IMG/VR virus record: IMGVR_UViG_3300037483_001012
Span: 1-64,000 of that record
Length of the DNA: 64,000 bases
Reading direction: 5' to 3' (one strand)
From: a virus
This document shows positions 46,655 through 56,685 of this stretch, in pieces. Position 1 is the stretch's first letter, and each line of letters starts with the position of its first letter. A program made the position numbers and the translations under genes. The notes below the pieces were generated by a model that was not told the DNA's origin, made no database searches, and worked only from the letters and a program-made list of their open reading frames with translations.

Positions 46655-48055
46655 TTATGAGTTGTCGGCGACCAGCCGCAGCGCGGGCTGTCCGTCCTTC
46701 TCTGGCTCTTCATCGGTCTTGTCGGCCGGCTCTTCCTTGACAGCCTGGCCGCCGATGATCACCTCGCCGCCACGGTCGACGACATTCATGTTGACCGGGA
46801 TCAGGCGGGCCTGGCCCTGCTTATTCGGCAGCGGGTTGAAGCCAAGGCGGCCGCGGAATTCGTCGATCTCAATGCCGCCGCGCTCGAGCGCTTTCGTCAG
46901 CCGCTCGGTTTCGGCCTTGGTGTCCTTCACCATCAGGGCTTCGCGGTCGTGCAGGAAAAACAGGCCGCGGCGCCGATCTTCCTTGGAAAGCAGCGTCTTT
47001 TTGTACCGGTCTTCGTGCCGCTTGCAGATCGGGATCATCGTGTCGCCGACGTAGGCCTTCTCCATCGTCTCGAGGTTTTCGTACTTCACACCCTCGAGAT
47101 GAAAGAGCTTGTGCGGTGGGATGCGAAACAGCCGGCCGGTCGCGACGATCTGCGCAGCGAATTGTTCGCTGAGTTCGGCCTCCTGCGGGTTGACGGAAAT
47201 CTTTTCAAACTTGACCCCGCCCTCAAGCACGATTGGCTCGTTGGTCTGCGCCGAGCGCGTCATCAGCGCGCGGAACTGCTGCTTCAAACGATCAAAAAGA
47301 ACATCCGGCAGCGCCTCCAGAGAGTCCGGGCGCGTGAACACGCCGCGAATCTGGCCGTCGTCGTCGAACAGCCTTTCGCGGTATTTGTCGATCGCGGTCC
47401 CGACGTCGAGCGTCTTCTGCCCGACCTCCATAGTGGAATAGCCGTCCATGCCGTCGAACATGCGGCCGCGGACATGGATCATGTCGCGTTCCGGGACCGT
47501 GATCATCCCGGCGCCGAGCAGCGCCATCTCCTGCTGCGTCGTGGCGGTGATGTCGTAGAATAGTTCCGAGCCGTAGATGCGCTCGGTGATCCGGCCGGTC
47601 TGCAATGGGATGAGCGCGATCGGACTGCCGAGCCGATCCCTCTTCACAATGGCCAGCGAGTTCTGGGTGGCGGCGTGCCAAAGCCCCATCATCTCGACGA
47701 ATTCGGTCCAGGTATGCCGCTGGTTCGGCTCGTCAGCGAGCAGCGCAGCGACCTCATGCTCTTTCGGGGCGAGAACCCTGGGCGTGCCGTTCGGCTGCAT
47801 CTCACACAGGTGCAGTGGCGCCTTGCCCATATCCTGCGAGATGATGTCGCAACACAGCAAGAAAGCGGCCTGCTGCAGCGCTGATTTTAGGGTCAGGTGC
47901 CCAAATGTCGTCTGATACCACTGCGCAAACTCGACCATATTCATATCGGCCGAATGTTCTTTCGTGACCAGCTCCATCGACCGTGCGTGGTCCGCGCTTG
48001 ACGGAGTTCCACCCATCATATCGACGAGGTCAGCCATTCGGTTTTGCCTCTTCAT
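46655..48055 (-). CDS. Portal protein (HK97 family)
   Basis: EPNQRHTW.EF, DMIHVRG, IVLEGGVKF, FRIPPHKL. Confidence 0.93.
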   Translation of the reverse strand: MKRQNRMADLVDMMGGTPSSADHARSMELVTKEHSADMNMVEFAQWYQTTFGHLTLKSALQQAAFLLCCDIISQDMGKAPLHLCEMQPNGTPRVLAPKEHEVAALLADEPNQRHTWTEFVEMMGLWHAATQNSLAIVKRDRLGSPIALIPLQTGRITERIYGSELFYDITATTQQEMALLGAGMITVPERDMIHVRGRMFDGMDGYSTMEVGQKTLDVGTAIDKYRERLFDDDGQIRGVFTRPDSLEALPDVLFDRLKQQFRALMTRSAQTNEPIVLEGGVKFEKISVNPQEAELSEQFAAQIVATGRLFRIPPHKLFHLEGVKYENLETMEKAYVGDTMIPICKRHEDRYKKTLLSKEDRRRGLFFLHDREALMVKDTKAETERLTKALERGGIEIDEFRGRLGFNPLPNKQGQARLIPVNMNVVDRGGEVIIGGQAVKEEPADKTDEEPEKDGQPALRLVADNS

Positions 48056-50000
48056 ATCCGAGCAACTTCCCGCGCAGCACGAACGGGTCTATTGTCTTCT
48101 TCTCGTCGCCATCCGGCGTCTTGGCGTGGTTCGGTTCCATCCTCACGCCATTCGCAAAACAGGTAGCGACGAAGCCGTCGATCTTGCGCTTGGAATTCTC
48201 CGACTCCTTGCGAGGCAGGATCAGGCCGTTGCCTCTACGATCGCCGTGGACGTTAGCGGCCATCCAGGCCATCACCGGATTTCCGTCATGCCAAATTGTC
48301 TGCGCCGCGATCCGGCCAAGAATGTCGTCGGTCGGCGGCGTCATCGTCGCCGCATTGTTGCTGTACGTCATCACTGGGCGCTGACCGTCCCAGAGATACT
48401 TGACCGTGTTATGGGCTTGATGCGGGTCGCATGCGATTACCTGGACATCGAATACGTCGCAAAAGGCATCGACTTCGTCGCGCACCATCTCATGATCGGC
48501 GAGCGGACCTGGCGTCAGCGTAAGCCACCCCTCCTCGGCCCAAATTCTAAGCTGGTCTGAAAGGTCCGGGTCCTGCGCAGTTGGAGACTCGGCCGGCAGA
48601 AAGAACTTCGCGAACATCGCCATCGTGTCGTTCGGCAGCATGAAGAGCAGCACGATCGCGCACATATCCAGAACTTGCGCCAGATCGACGCCGATCCAGC
48701 ACTTTGCGCCAAAGAAATCTTCAATCTGGATTGGCCGTTTGCACGCCATCCAGGATGCAAGGTCGATAAGCGCCTTGCCCTGCCCGGTCCAAACGTTGAA
48801 TCTGGTGCGTACGAACTCTGATCGAAGATCTGGCCGGCGCCGTGCCGTTTCCTTGTCGGCGTTCATCTTGATCGGATCGAGGCTTACCCGATACATCGGG
48901 TTGCATTTGGCCATCAACCGATCGAAGTGCGACCCGAATATCTTGTCGTACTCGATCGCCTTCGTTTCCTTGTGGCGATAGTCGTCGTCGTCGAGTTCAT
49001 AGATCGCCGCGAAGAATGTGAAGTCCTCCGACTTTCCTTCGAGCACCATGATGGCCTCGAGCCGCAGTTCGTATCCTGGACCTTCCGGCCGGTAGCCGGC
49101 CGTGGTGATCATTCTCAGCAGCGCATTTGGCCTCGCGCCGAAGGCTGAATTGACCACCCGATATACCGTCGCGGCGCCGGCGTGCCCTTCTTCGAAAATA
49201 GCAAGCGATGGATTGAGACCGTCTTGTCTCTCGCCTTGCGATGAAAGTTTGAAGATTCGGCCTTCCCCGCAACGTATTTCATCCGTTGTTACTTTGAGCC
49301 GATACCTCTCCACGAGTTCTGGCTCGTTGTTCACCATCTTGACGAGATCGCCGTAGAGCGTGTCGTCCGCCTGTCTACTGGTCGATGCCGCGATTGGAAT
49401 TTCTGGCGCAAGCTGTCCGGAACAGCAGAGGTCGAACAGCGCGGCCGGCACAGCTCTTAAACTTTTTGCATTTTTTCTGGGTAAGATTTCCAGCGCCTTT
49501 GTCACGAGGCGCTCGCCTGTCAGGCGCCGGCGAAACCCTTGGATCGCAGACTCAATCCAGATTTGGAACGGCTCGAGGATGATGAACTGGTTGACCGTGC
49601 CATCATCGCTTCTCTGGGTGTATTCCCAACTGCCGCTCTCGAAGTGTCGAAGTTTTTCGATGAATGCGCAGTAGTCGACGACATGCGCTGGCGAAAAATA
49701 GAAAAGACACGACTCGGTCTCCGCCATCTTGAGCATGCGGAGATATCGCTCGGCGGCCAGCACGACGTAACGGCACACCGGGTTGGTTCCGGCCACGCAC
49801 GCCTCGGCATATCGCTTTGCGATTGCCGGATAGTCCGTGAATTCCTGCTTCTGTGTCTCCACGCCATCATGAACATCCAAGACGAGCGGAGGCAGGTCAG
49901 CGAAGTGGGCGCGCCGCAGATACACGACTTGAGAATCCGCAGGAGGCGAATTTATTTGTCTTCCCCCCGGGGTTCGCGATCGCTGGTGCGTCATCGGCAA
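48030..50000 (-). CDS. terL: Terminase large subunit
   Basis: LEPFQ, Walker A PRKNAKS, DGLNPSLAIFEEGH, ITTAG, GVDLA, KIDGFVA. Confidence 0.95.
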   Translation of the reverse strand: MPMTHQRSRTPGGRQINSPPADSQVVYLRRAHFADLPPLVLDVHDGVETQKQEFTDYPAIAKRYAEACVAGTNPVCRYVVLAAERYLRMLKMAETESCLFYFSPAHVVDYCAFIEKLRHFESGSWEYTQRSDDGTVNQFIILEPFQIWIESAIQGFRRRLTGERLVTKALEILPRKNAKSLRAVPAALFDLCCSGQLAPEIPIAASTSRQADDTLYGDLVKMVNNEPELVERYRLKVTTDEIRCGEGRIFKLSSQGERQDGLNPSLAIFEEGHAGAATVYRVVNSAFGARPNALLRMITTAGYRPEGPGYELRLEAIMVLEGKSEDFTFFAAIYELDDDDYRHKETKAIEYDKIFGSHFDRLMAKCNPMYRVSLDPIKMNADKETARRRPDLRSEFVRTRFNVWTGQGKALIDLASWMACKRPIQIEDFFGAKCWIGVDLAQVLDMCAIVLLFMLPNDTMAMFAKFFLPAESPTAQDPDLSDQLRIWAEEGWLTLTPGPLADHEMVRDEVDAFCDVFDVQVIACDPHQAHNTVKYLWDGQRPVMTYSNNAATMTPPTDDILGRIAAQTIWHDGNPVMAWMAANVHGDRRGNGLILPRKESENSKRKIDGFVATCFANGVRMEPNHAKTPDGDEKKTIDPFVLRGKLLGYEEAKPNG

Positions 50001-50364
50001 TCTTCAATTGACCAAGTGCTCTTTGCATCTGCGTCGATAGCGATGCCGGCACTGATTTTCCAGCGGCCATCCGCCGTTGCATCTCCTGGTGCAGGAACGC
50101 GACCTGCTCGACCAGCATCCGGGTGACTGACGTGAGCTTGTTTGAATCGAACAGGATGCGCGCCAGTTCGTGATATTTATCCAGGCCGGCTTTATCGAAC
50201 GGAAGCTCAGGTTCTGGAATCGTCTTGAGCCATGGCCCGGTGACAACGGTGGCCGCCGCGGCTGCGTCACGCAATGCGTCGGAGCGATCGGCGCGGAACG
50301 TCCCGCGCTTCTTGCGCTCCTCGTCGCTCAGGCGACTGCTGCCGCCGGATCCTTTGCCGCCCAT
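49897..50364 (-). CDS. terS: Terminase small subunit (P27-like)
   Basis: MGGKGSGG...KKRGTFRADR; directly upstream of terL. Confidence 0.75.
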   Translation of the reverse strand: MGGKGSGGSSRLSDEERKKRGTFRADRSDALRDAAAAATVVTGPWLKTIPEPELPFDKAGLDKYHELARILFDSNKLTSVTRMLVEQVAFLHQEMQRRMAAGKSVPASLSTQMQRALGQLKIADDAPAIANPGGKTNKFASCGFSSRVSAARPLR

Positions 50365-50395
50365 ACTGCGCCTCGATCGGATCGGCCGACAGCGA

Positions 50396-51079
50396 TCATG
50401 TCGGCGGTCCCGCTTCCACGTACATCATGCGAGAGAATTCACGACCCCAATCCGCCGCATATGCGCAGTCTTTGTACCTTTCGAAGTACGGACCGCCTTC
50501 TGTGAAGTGCAGATTTGCGATTTCTTCTGGCGGAACATTTGGATCATAGCCTACGAGATGGTTCCAGCGATGCGGGATTTCGCCGATCAGATCCTCGTTC
50601 TCCAGCCATTTGAAGCGATGAAGCTCGAGCCCGGTCGCGGTGTTGACGTATTCCGGCGTGAGCGCGCGGCACATCGCGCAATTCATCAGCATCACGCTTG
50701 ACCAGTTTTTCATCGGGTAGGTGGTCTGAACGTTGCCAAGGAACTTCTTCGTTCCGGTCGGAACATGATTGTGCTTGACCACCTGCACAGAAAAGTTTTG
50801 GTCTCGAAGGGCCCACAGTTCGGCGACATCGCTCAACACAAGCATGTCGCAATCCATAACAATTGCCCATCCCTCATAATTGCAAAGGGACGGAACTAGA
50901 AAACGCGAAAACGAAAAGTCCGTCGACTGAAGAGGGTCGCGCGGCCGCGTCATTCTCAATTGCGAAAGCATCAACGGGGTAATTTGTACGGGGCAACTCG
51001 CGCGCGCGTGAATGGAGTGAGACAGGACATGGAACGCAACCGCTTCTCTTGGATCATAGCCGATGAAAACGCGTATCAT
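50396..51079 (-). CDS. Glycosyltransferase (GT-A, GT8-like)
   Basis: VFIGYDPRE...STDFSFSRFLVP...MDCDML (DxD)...KNWSSVML...WNHLVG...LHFTEGGP. Confidence 0.88.
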   Translation of the reverse strand: MIRVFIGYDPREAVAFHVLSHSIHARASCPVQITPLMLSQLRMTRPRDPLQSTDFSFSRFLVPSLCNYEGWAIVMDCDMLVLSDVAELWALRDQNFSVQVVKHNHVPTGTKKFLGNVQTTYPMKNWSSVMLMNCAMCRALTPEYVNTATGLELHRFKWLENEDLIGEIPHRWNHLVGYDPNVPPEEIANLHFTEGGPYFERYKDCAYAADWGREFSRMMYVEAGPPT

Positions 51080-51113
51080 GTAAGGCCTCGCGCGTATTCA
51101 TCGAGCAACCACA

Positions 51114-51896
51114 TCATCGAACGAATTGATTGCGCGGCGTGTAATGGAAGACGTCTATGGGATGAAGCTGTGACCAAATATCCCTACAATGTTGACACGG
51201 CATCCACTTCCCGCAAGCCGGCGGCATCGCAATGTTCCTATGCCCTGGATAACCAAGGATGTTTGGATCTCCGACACCACCGAACAGCACCGTGGCGTTA
51301 TTGATCCGAAGCGCCGCATTCGCATGATGCAGGCCGCCATCCGGCAGCACACACCACCGAACAAGCCTCATGACGGCTGCGGCCTGCCGAAAAGTCGGCG
51401 TCTCGATGAAGCGCGCGCCCTCCAACGGTACCGTGTCAGACGGGCCGATCTGAAGCGGAACGAGGCCGTAGTGCTTTACGATTGCAACAAGCTCTTGCCA
51501 CTTGTCGACGCCCCATTGCTTGTTCGGATTGGCGACCGACTTCAGCGTCGGCTCGATAAGGAAAAGCCTCTGCTCACTACCGACTGCTCTTTCGGCGAAC
51601 TCCAATTCAGTAACGTCAAGTTCGATAGCGCCGAGATGGTCGCGCGCGCGCCAATTGCTGAACTTTTGTCCACCCTCGCGGGAAAACGGATACGCGATGT
51701 ACGGCCGGCAGCCCGAGCCGTTTTTCAGGTCGATGAATGAACCGCTTTGGCCTGGCTGCAATATCCACGAAAGGCCGCGCCACATCTCAGACCAGCGCGG
51801 GGCACCGTGCTTATCGACGATGCGAATTATGTTTTCTGTGCGCCGGTGCTCGGAAAGAGCATGGCCGGAGGCCATAATTTCATCTCCGATTCCCAA
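51114..51896 (-). CDS. Glycosyltransferase (GT9/heptosyltransferase-like)
   Basis: MGIGDEIM...NKQW...DGGLHH..AAL...VLFG. Confidence 0.8.
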   Translation of the reverse strand: MGIGDEIMASGHALSEHRRTENIIRIVDKHGAPRWSEMWRGLSWILQPGQSGSFIDLKNGSGCRPYIAYPFSREGGQKFSNWRARDHLGAIELDVTELEFAERAVGSEQRLFLIEPTLKSVANPNKQWGVDKWQELVAIVKHYGLVPLQIGPSDTVPLEGARFIETPTFRQAAAVMRLVRWCVLPDGGLHHANAALRINNATVLFGGVGDPNILGYPGHRNIAMPPACGKWMPCQHCRDIWSQLHPIDVFHYTPRNQFVR

Positions 51897-51899
51897 ATC

Positions 51900-52589
51900 T
51901 CAATCCCACGACATGATGTAATCGCCGGATATTGTATTGCGCACCACGGCGCCCATGCTCTTCAAGAACTCGACGCCGTCGGTGACGCCGATGCCGTAGC
52001 GATCGGCCATGCCGGTTTCCGGCTTCTGCTCAACGATCACGCACGGCTTGTCACGCTTCAGCGTTTCAATCGCGCCGCGCAGCACGAACAATTCATAACC
52101 TTCGCAGTCGACCTTTATGAAATCGATGTGTTGAATATTGAACGAGTCGAGCATCCGAAGATCGGCGGATATGCCTTGAGCATCGGCCGCGGTGTTGACC
52201 CCGGTGTCGCCAGACGACCCAGGCGTCCGCGTTTGCACGACGACCGACCCAGTCGTCTCACCAAGCGCGCACTCGTGCAGTTCTGCATTGCCGCGCTGAT
52301 CCATATTCGCGCGCCAGCATTGGCGATGTTCAGGCATCGGCTCGAACGCATGCACGCGTTCGAAATCAAACGACATCGGCCATGACCAGAGGCCAACATG
52401 AGCGCCGATATCGATCGCGACGCGGCGTTCCGGTCGAACATATTCCAGCGCGGCGTTGTATTTGTGAGCTTGGTATCCGAGCCGCTGCTGGTCGAGCGGA
52501 CCAACGCGCTGCTTCATGGACACCATCCACTTTAGAAGGTGCTCTTCTCCGTCAGGGAGATACCAGCCGCCGGCTTCGAATAGCTTCAT
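51900..52589 (-). CDS. FkbM-family methyltransferase
   Basis: IDIGAHVGLW...AFEP...FIKVDCEGYELFVLRGA. Confidence 0.9.
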   Translation of the reverse strand: MKLFEAGGWYLPDGEEHLLKWMVSMKQRVGPLDQQRLGYQAHKYNAALEYVRPERRVAIDIGAHVGLWSWPMSFDFERVHAFEPMPEHRQCWRANMDQRGNAELHECALGETTGSVVVQTRTPGSSGDTGVNTAADAQGISADLRMLDSFNIQHIDFIKVDCEGYELFVLRGAIETLKRDKPCVIVEQKPETGMADRYGIGVTDGVEFLKSMGAVVRNTISGDYIMSWD

Positions 52590-53334
52590 TTGCCCTGAGG
52601 TCCTTCCAGCACTTGCCGCTCGCCATTTCGTCAATCGTCCATTGGTTCGCCGCTAAAACAGCAGCAAACTCAAGCCGACCTTTTGGAAAAGCAGGGCTTT
52701 CTATTTTTGAGAGATCGGAAAGAGTCATGCGCGACGCGGCGCATCTCCCAGTTGTGAACGCCGGAATTCCTGCGAGCACGGCATCCACGGCAGAATTGGA
52801 GGTGAACGTAACGACGGCCCAGCAATCGTTGAGCGCCCGCGCGATCGGCGCGATTTTGGCGTCCGCCTTCAGCCTTACTTTGATTTGGCGGTCGGTGTGC
52901 TTGCGCAGTTCGCGCGTTGTCTTTTCGACCCACTCACCTGGCTTGAAGCCGTGAAGTTCGAAGAAAGCCTCGGATTGCGGACAAAGCAGAATGTGAGACC
53001 CGCGCTTCCGCCAATCCTTTATCGGGATGTTGAACGATAGAAACCGCGCCGGGTCGGCCTGCCCTTCACCTGTGTGCTGAATAGCGCCACGCGTAACCCG
53101 ATAGTATTTGCCGCGACCGAAATAGGCGTTGTCGCCGTAATACCAATCACGGTCCTCCGCGATCGCCCGGTTTATGATCGGCCACAGTTTCGGGCTGCCG
53201 TATATAGCAATGGCTCCTGGCCGAAGACGACAATCCCGTACAATCTCACCACCGCAGCCGCGCGCAAAAGCCGCGCACCATTTCGGCGATGTCTGCTCGC
53301 CCGGCGCCTCGTAGACATGGACGGAGTCCGCCAC
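52552..53334 (-). CDS. Putative GT-B glycosyltransferase (capsule-biosynthesis KpsS-like)
   Basis: YGDNAYF...HILLCPQ...AVVTFTSNSAVDAVLAGIP...QWT.DEM. Confidence 0.65.
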   Translation of the reverse strand: MADSVHVYEAPGEQTSPKWCAAFARGCGGEIVRDCRLRPGAIAIYGSPKLWPIINRAIAEDRDWYYGDNAYFGRGKYYRVTRGAIQHTGEGQADPARFLSFNIPIKDWRKRGSHILLCPQSEAFFELHGFKPGEWVEKTTRELRKHTDRQIKVRLKADAKIAPIARALNDCWAVVTFTSNSAVDAVLAGIPAFTTGRCAASRMTLSDLSKIESPAFPKGRLEFAAVLAANQWTIDEMASGKCWKDLRANEAIRSRRLVSP

Positions 53335-53343
53335 GAGAATTTT

Positions 53344-53565
53344 CTACCTGATGACTTTCACGGCCTGGTGCTCACGAACGCCTTCCATTTGGCGCTCGAA
53401 CCGCCGCTCCCATGCCCTGGCGCAGGAGATGCACTGCTTCGTATGAGGTACCAGTTGGAGACGCGCGGTCTCGATCGGATCGCCGCAATCCTTGCACTCG
53501 ACTGGCTTCGGCAGGCTCTTGCCATGTGCTCGGCGGCCGGCGATCAGATTGACGACGTCGCCCAT
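53344..53565 (-). CDS. TraR/DksA C4-type zinc finger protein
   Basis: CKDCGDPIETARL..VP....CISC. Confidence 0.85.
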   Translation of the reverse strand: MGDVVNLIAGRRAHGKSLPKPVECKDCGDPIETARLQLVPHTKQCISCARAWERRFERQMEGVREHQAVKVIR

Positions 53566-53601
53566 ATCGAGACCCCATGGATTTGATCGGCAGGCTTCCC
53601 A

Positions 53602-53814
53602 TTATCCCAGCGAGATCGAATCCGGCAGCGAATTTGTTTCGGCAATCGCCGCATCGCATAGCTCGATCGCCGCGCGCTTCTGATCGCCGTAGTGCTCGAT
53701 GAGCAGGGCCTTCGCCTCCCTCGGCGTCACCTTGCCCTCGCCGATGGCGATGGCTGCGGCCAATGGGAAGCCCTTGTACGGGCCCTCAGATACGGTGGCA
53801 TCCATGATCGACAT
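53602..53814 (-). CDS. Hypothetical protein
   Basis: GGAG RBS; 70 aa. Confidence 0.55.
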   Translation of the reverse strand: MSIMDATVSEGPYKGFPLAAAIAIGEGKVTPREAKALLIEHYGDQKRAAIELCDAAIAETNSLPDSISLG

Positions 53815-53849
53815 CGGCGATCTCCAAGAGAGCCGTTAGCTTCCCGGCG

Positions 53850-54200
53850 TCAGCGTCTCTTTTCTTGCTTCCCGGCCGGAGGCGATCCAGCGGCAATACC
53901 TGCTTCGCCGGCCATCGCCTCGATATTCTTTTCGAGCAAACTGATGTGCTGCTCTACCGTCTCGAGGGCCGCGTTGACCGCATCATGATATTTCAGGTGA
54001 TCCTTCCATGGCTCCAGCGCTTGCCGCGCCAGCGCGGCCGCGTTCTGACCGAACACCGCCAGCATCTCTGTCTTTTTTTCAATCGTCGTCCCGGGCTTGT
54101 CGACAACCGCTTCAAGAACGGTGAGCAGCAGGCCTTCCATCGCAAAAATGCGCCCAACAAAAAAGGCTGGGTCCATCGGATTGGTCGGCTTTTTTGCCAT
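53850..54200 (-). CDS. Hypothetical protein
   Basis: 116 aa, helical composition. Confidence 0.6.
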   Translation of the reverse strand: MAKKPTNPMDPAFFVGRIFAMEGLLLTVLEAVVDKPGTTIEKKTEMLAVFGQNAAALARQALEPWKDHLKYHDAVNAALETVEQHISLLEKNIEAMAGEAGIAAGSPPAGKQEKRR

Positions 54201-54210
54201 CTCGGCCCCT

Positions 54211-54240
54211 AAGAAAAGCGGGCCGGCTCGCGCCGGCCCG
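54211..54240 (-). terminator. Terminator-like hairpin
   Basis: CGGGCCGGC/GCCGGCCCG stem followed by TTTTCTT. Confidence 0.5.
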
Positions 54241-54299
54241 AGTTATTACGTAACGCGGGAGGAACCTTGTTCTGCGCCGTAGGAAAAATACGGATCGAC

Positions 54300-54482
54300 C
54301 TATAGCGTTTGCCAGCGCGGATCGTTGGCCCGGTCCGATGGCCCATCAGCACCGGTCGCGGCCGCGATGTCCTCAATCGATTTCAAGGTGCGCCGCGTAT
54401 TGACCATCGCGATGACGGAAAGCACGACCGCCGACAGCGCTACGACGAGGGCGACGATCGAGATGACCATAGCGTCAGGCAT
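54300..54482 (-). CDS. Small membrane protein
   Basis: Single N-terminal TM. Confidence 0.5.
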   Translation of the reverse strand: MPDAMVISIVALVVALSAVVLSVIAMVNTRRTLKSIEDIAAATGADGPSDRANDPRWQTL

Positions 54483-54705
54483 GGCGGCCAGGCCCTGCGT
54501 CCCCGTAGATCGAATCGGCGATTGCCTTGAGCGCCAGCTTGTCGGCCCAACTCAACCGCGGATCGTCCAGCGAAATAGCGAGGAAGTTCTGATCGAGATA
54601 GGCCCGGCGCTTGATCGCTTCCTTGTCGATGCTGGTCGGCGCCCTGAAATTCGTTCGGAGAAAACCTTCTCCTCGGTCCGCTATGGCGCAATCTTGCGGC
54701 TGCAC
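54475..54705 (-). CDS. Hypothetical protein
   Basis: Tightly packed after the csp gene. Confidence 0.5.
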   Translation of the reverse strand: MQPQDCAIADRGEGFLRTNFRAPTSIDKEAIKRRAYLDQNFLAISLDDPRLSWADKLALKAIADSIYGDAGPGRHA

Positions 54706-54706
54706 G

Positions 54707-54910
54707 TTACACTAACTCGACGTTGATTGCCGACAGCCCCTTCGGCTTATCCTCGACGTCGAACTTCACCTTGTCGCCTTCGCGCACGGTGATCCCGGCC
54801 TTCTCGACCTCGCTGGTGTGAAGGAACACGTCCTTCTGGGCGTCGTCGCGCGTGATGAAGCCGTAGCCCTTGGTCGGGTTAAACCACTTTATGGTGCCTT
54901 GCATCTGCAT
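54707..54910 (-). CDS. cspA: Cold-shock domain RNA chaperone
   Basis: GTIKWFNPTKGYGFI (RNP1), DVFLH (RNP2). Confidence 0.93.
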   Translation of the reverse strand: MQMQGTIKWFNPTKGYGFITRDDAQKDVFLHTSEVEKAGITVREGDKVKFDVEDKPKGLSAINVELV

Positions 54911-55254
54911 GGTGTCAGGTTTCCGGTTGGTGTGGACGTGACCGGGTATCGCGCGCCACGGTGCGCCCCGCTTAGGCGGGAGAATTATTTCGGCGATGTT
55001 GGGATTTTTCCCGAAAGTATCCGGGTATTATGGGCGGGTAATATTCGAGGCCGAGATCATCGGGCCCTTCGATCCGCAACCTTTAGAGCGAATCACCAGC
55101 CATAGGCCAGATATTGCGGCAATCGAGTTTAGTGTCAATCGATTGTGGTGCTGTTGCAATTATTTACCACATCTTGGATCATATTATCTCTGATATAATT
55201 TCGCGCGATGTAGATAATATCGCCGGATCGGTGAGGCATACGCGTAACACTAAT

Positions 55255-55450
55255 ATTTTTTGGCCATATTTTACTGGCTCGATCGCTGCAATCTTCGCTA
55301 TCGCCGGAGCCGACGCGGCCTCAGCTATTTCCAAATCGAATTTGGTTTGCAAATTGAACCAGAGCTGCGCCGATGTGCCGATCGCCTTGGCGAGGCGCGG
55401 TGTCGGCGGTGACGCCGCTGGTCTCGGCCGCGATGCGCTCGACCCGCGCG
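55255..55450 (-). pseudogene. higA: HigA-family antitoxin remnant, 5' truncated and frameshifted
   Basis: RVERIAAETSGVTADTA in one frame continues as RLAKAIGTSAQLWFNLQTKFDL in another. Confidence 0.6.
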
Positions 55451-55492
55451 CCGGCCACACTCTATATTAGCCACCTATTATAATGACTGAAA

Positions 55493-55951
55493 TTATTGGT
55501 CGCTATTATTCCTGCCGCCCCAAAGTTCCGGCGGGATTGCTGATATCTCGCGCGGCCGGTTCTCGATCGCCTCGCACCAGAACGGTAACATCTCGAGTTG
55601 ACCGGTCTCGCGGGCGAGTTGCTCCATCCTCGCTTTAAGGCCTCCATGGTGCCTGGTGCACAGCGACTGTAAATTCCCCCAGGCATAGGTCAATTCCGGG
55701 AATTCCCGACGCGGCTTAATATGGTCGACGACGTCGGTGAGGACCGCGTCGTCGCCTTCCTGTGTGCAAAATTCACAAAATGGACGGGCCCTCCTGAACC
55801 TTCGGCTGAGCCGCGTCCAGTGATCGTCCAGCCCCCGCTCCGCCGGCGCCGGCCGCGGCTCACGCCCGGCGAATTGAGGCCGCACCGCCGACGGTGCCTT
55901 CCATTGCTTAAACCGCGGGGGCCGATCGGATCTGACGGGCATTGGCCTCAA
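55493..55951 (-). CDS. HNH endonuclease (packaging-associated type)
   Basis: PFCEFC...VVDHIKP...NLQSLCTRHH. Confidence 0.9.
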   Translation of the reverse strand: MRPMPVRSDRPPRFKQWKAPSAVRPQFAGREPRPAPAERGLDDHWTRLSRRFRRARPFCEFCTQEGDDAVLTDVVDHIKPRREFPELTYAWGNLQSLCTRHHGGLKARMEQLARETGQLEMLPFWCEAIENRPREISAIPPELWGGRNNSDQ

Positions 55952-56419
55952 CTATTCCGCCGGGATTTTCGCGATGACGCGCCGGCCCGATAAACAACGC
56001 CAGCCGAGCCTCTTCCGTCAAGGAGTTTCGCCGCCGCGCCGTTATTGCATTTTAGCTCCCAACAATTTTTTTACAGCCCATGCCGGAATATGCCTGCCTC
56101 GCGCGGTCAGTATCCAACAAGTAAAATTGTTAACGACACCCCCCATACCCCAAGCATCGTCAAGCATTCGCGTGAAATTATTCACACGTTGCGGCTTATG
56201 CTGCGTTGTCGATTGATAGGATTGATCTACTATACCTTGACCATAGTCCTATTGCGCGGCTGCTATGGAATGGTTACTTGTGTCAAGCTATGTGGAAAAA
56301 TAATTATTGAAAAATGCGTGGCGAATAGTTGACAGGCGTTGCGTCTTATGAGAGGGTATGAATGCCACGCGATTGTGGCGTGTTCGGAATAGTCCGGACG
56401 AGATATGAGGAAGCACCCA

Positions 56420-56590
56420 ATGCGCGCCATCACCACAACGGCCCTGGTCCTGCTGACACTGGCGGCCCCCGTCGTTGGCCTGCTGTATGTCGTCCCCGCT
56501 GTGAATGCGTGGGAGCTGGCGAACAACTATCCTTATGGCAAGATGTGCAATTCGATCTTTACCGCCAACGTTGACACCTGCCCCCGTTGA
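56420..56590 (+). CDS. Small membrane protein
   Basis: Hairpin plus TGAGGA upstream; one TM. Confidence 0.6.
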   Translation: MRAITTTALVLLTLAAPVVGLLYVVPAVNAWELANNYPYGKMCNSIFTANVDTCPR

Positions 56591-56685
56591 TGGCGCGCCA
56601 CGTCCTGCGCCTCTACATGGGGCGCAGTGCGGGGCACGTACCCCGTGATCGGAATGGACCGGTCATCATATGAGGAACCTAAGCC

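Noticed and set aside
54960-56160. cos/pac site near HNH
   Set aside because: No sequence feature allows it to be placed; needs read-terminus data
56281-56363. Divergent sigma70 promoters from two TTGACA hexamers
   Set aside because: The region is plausibly the divergent control region, but no convincing -10 lies at 16-18 nt spacing
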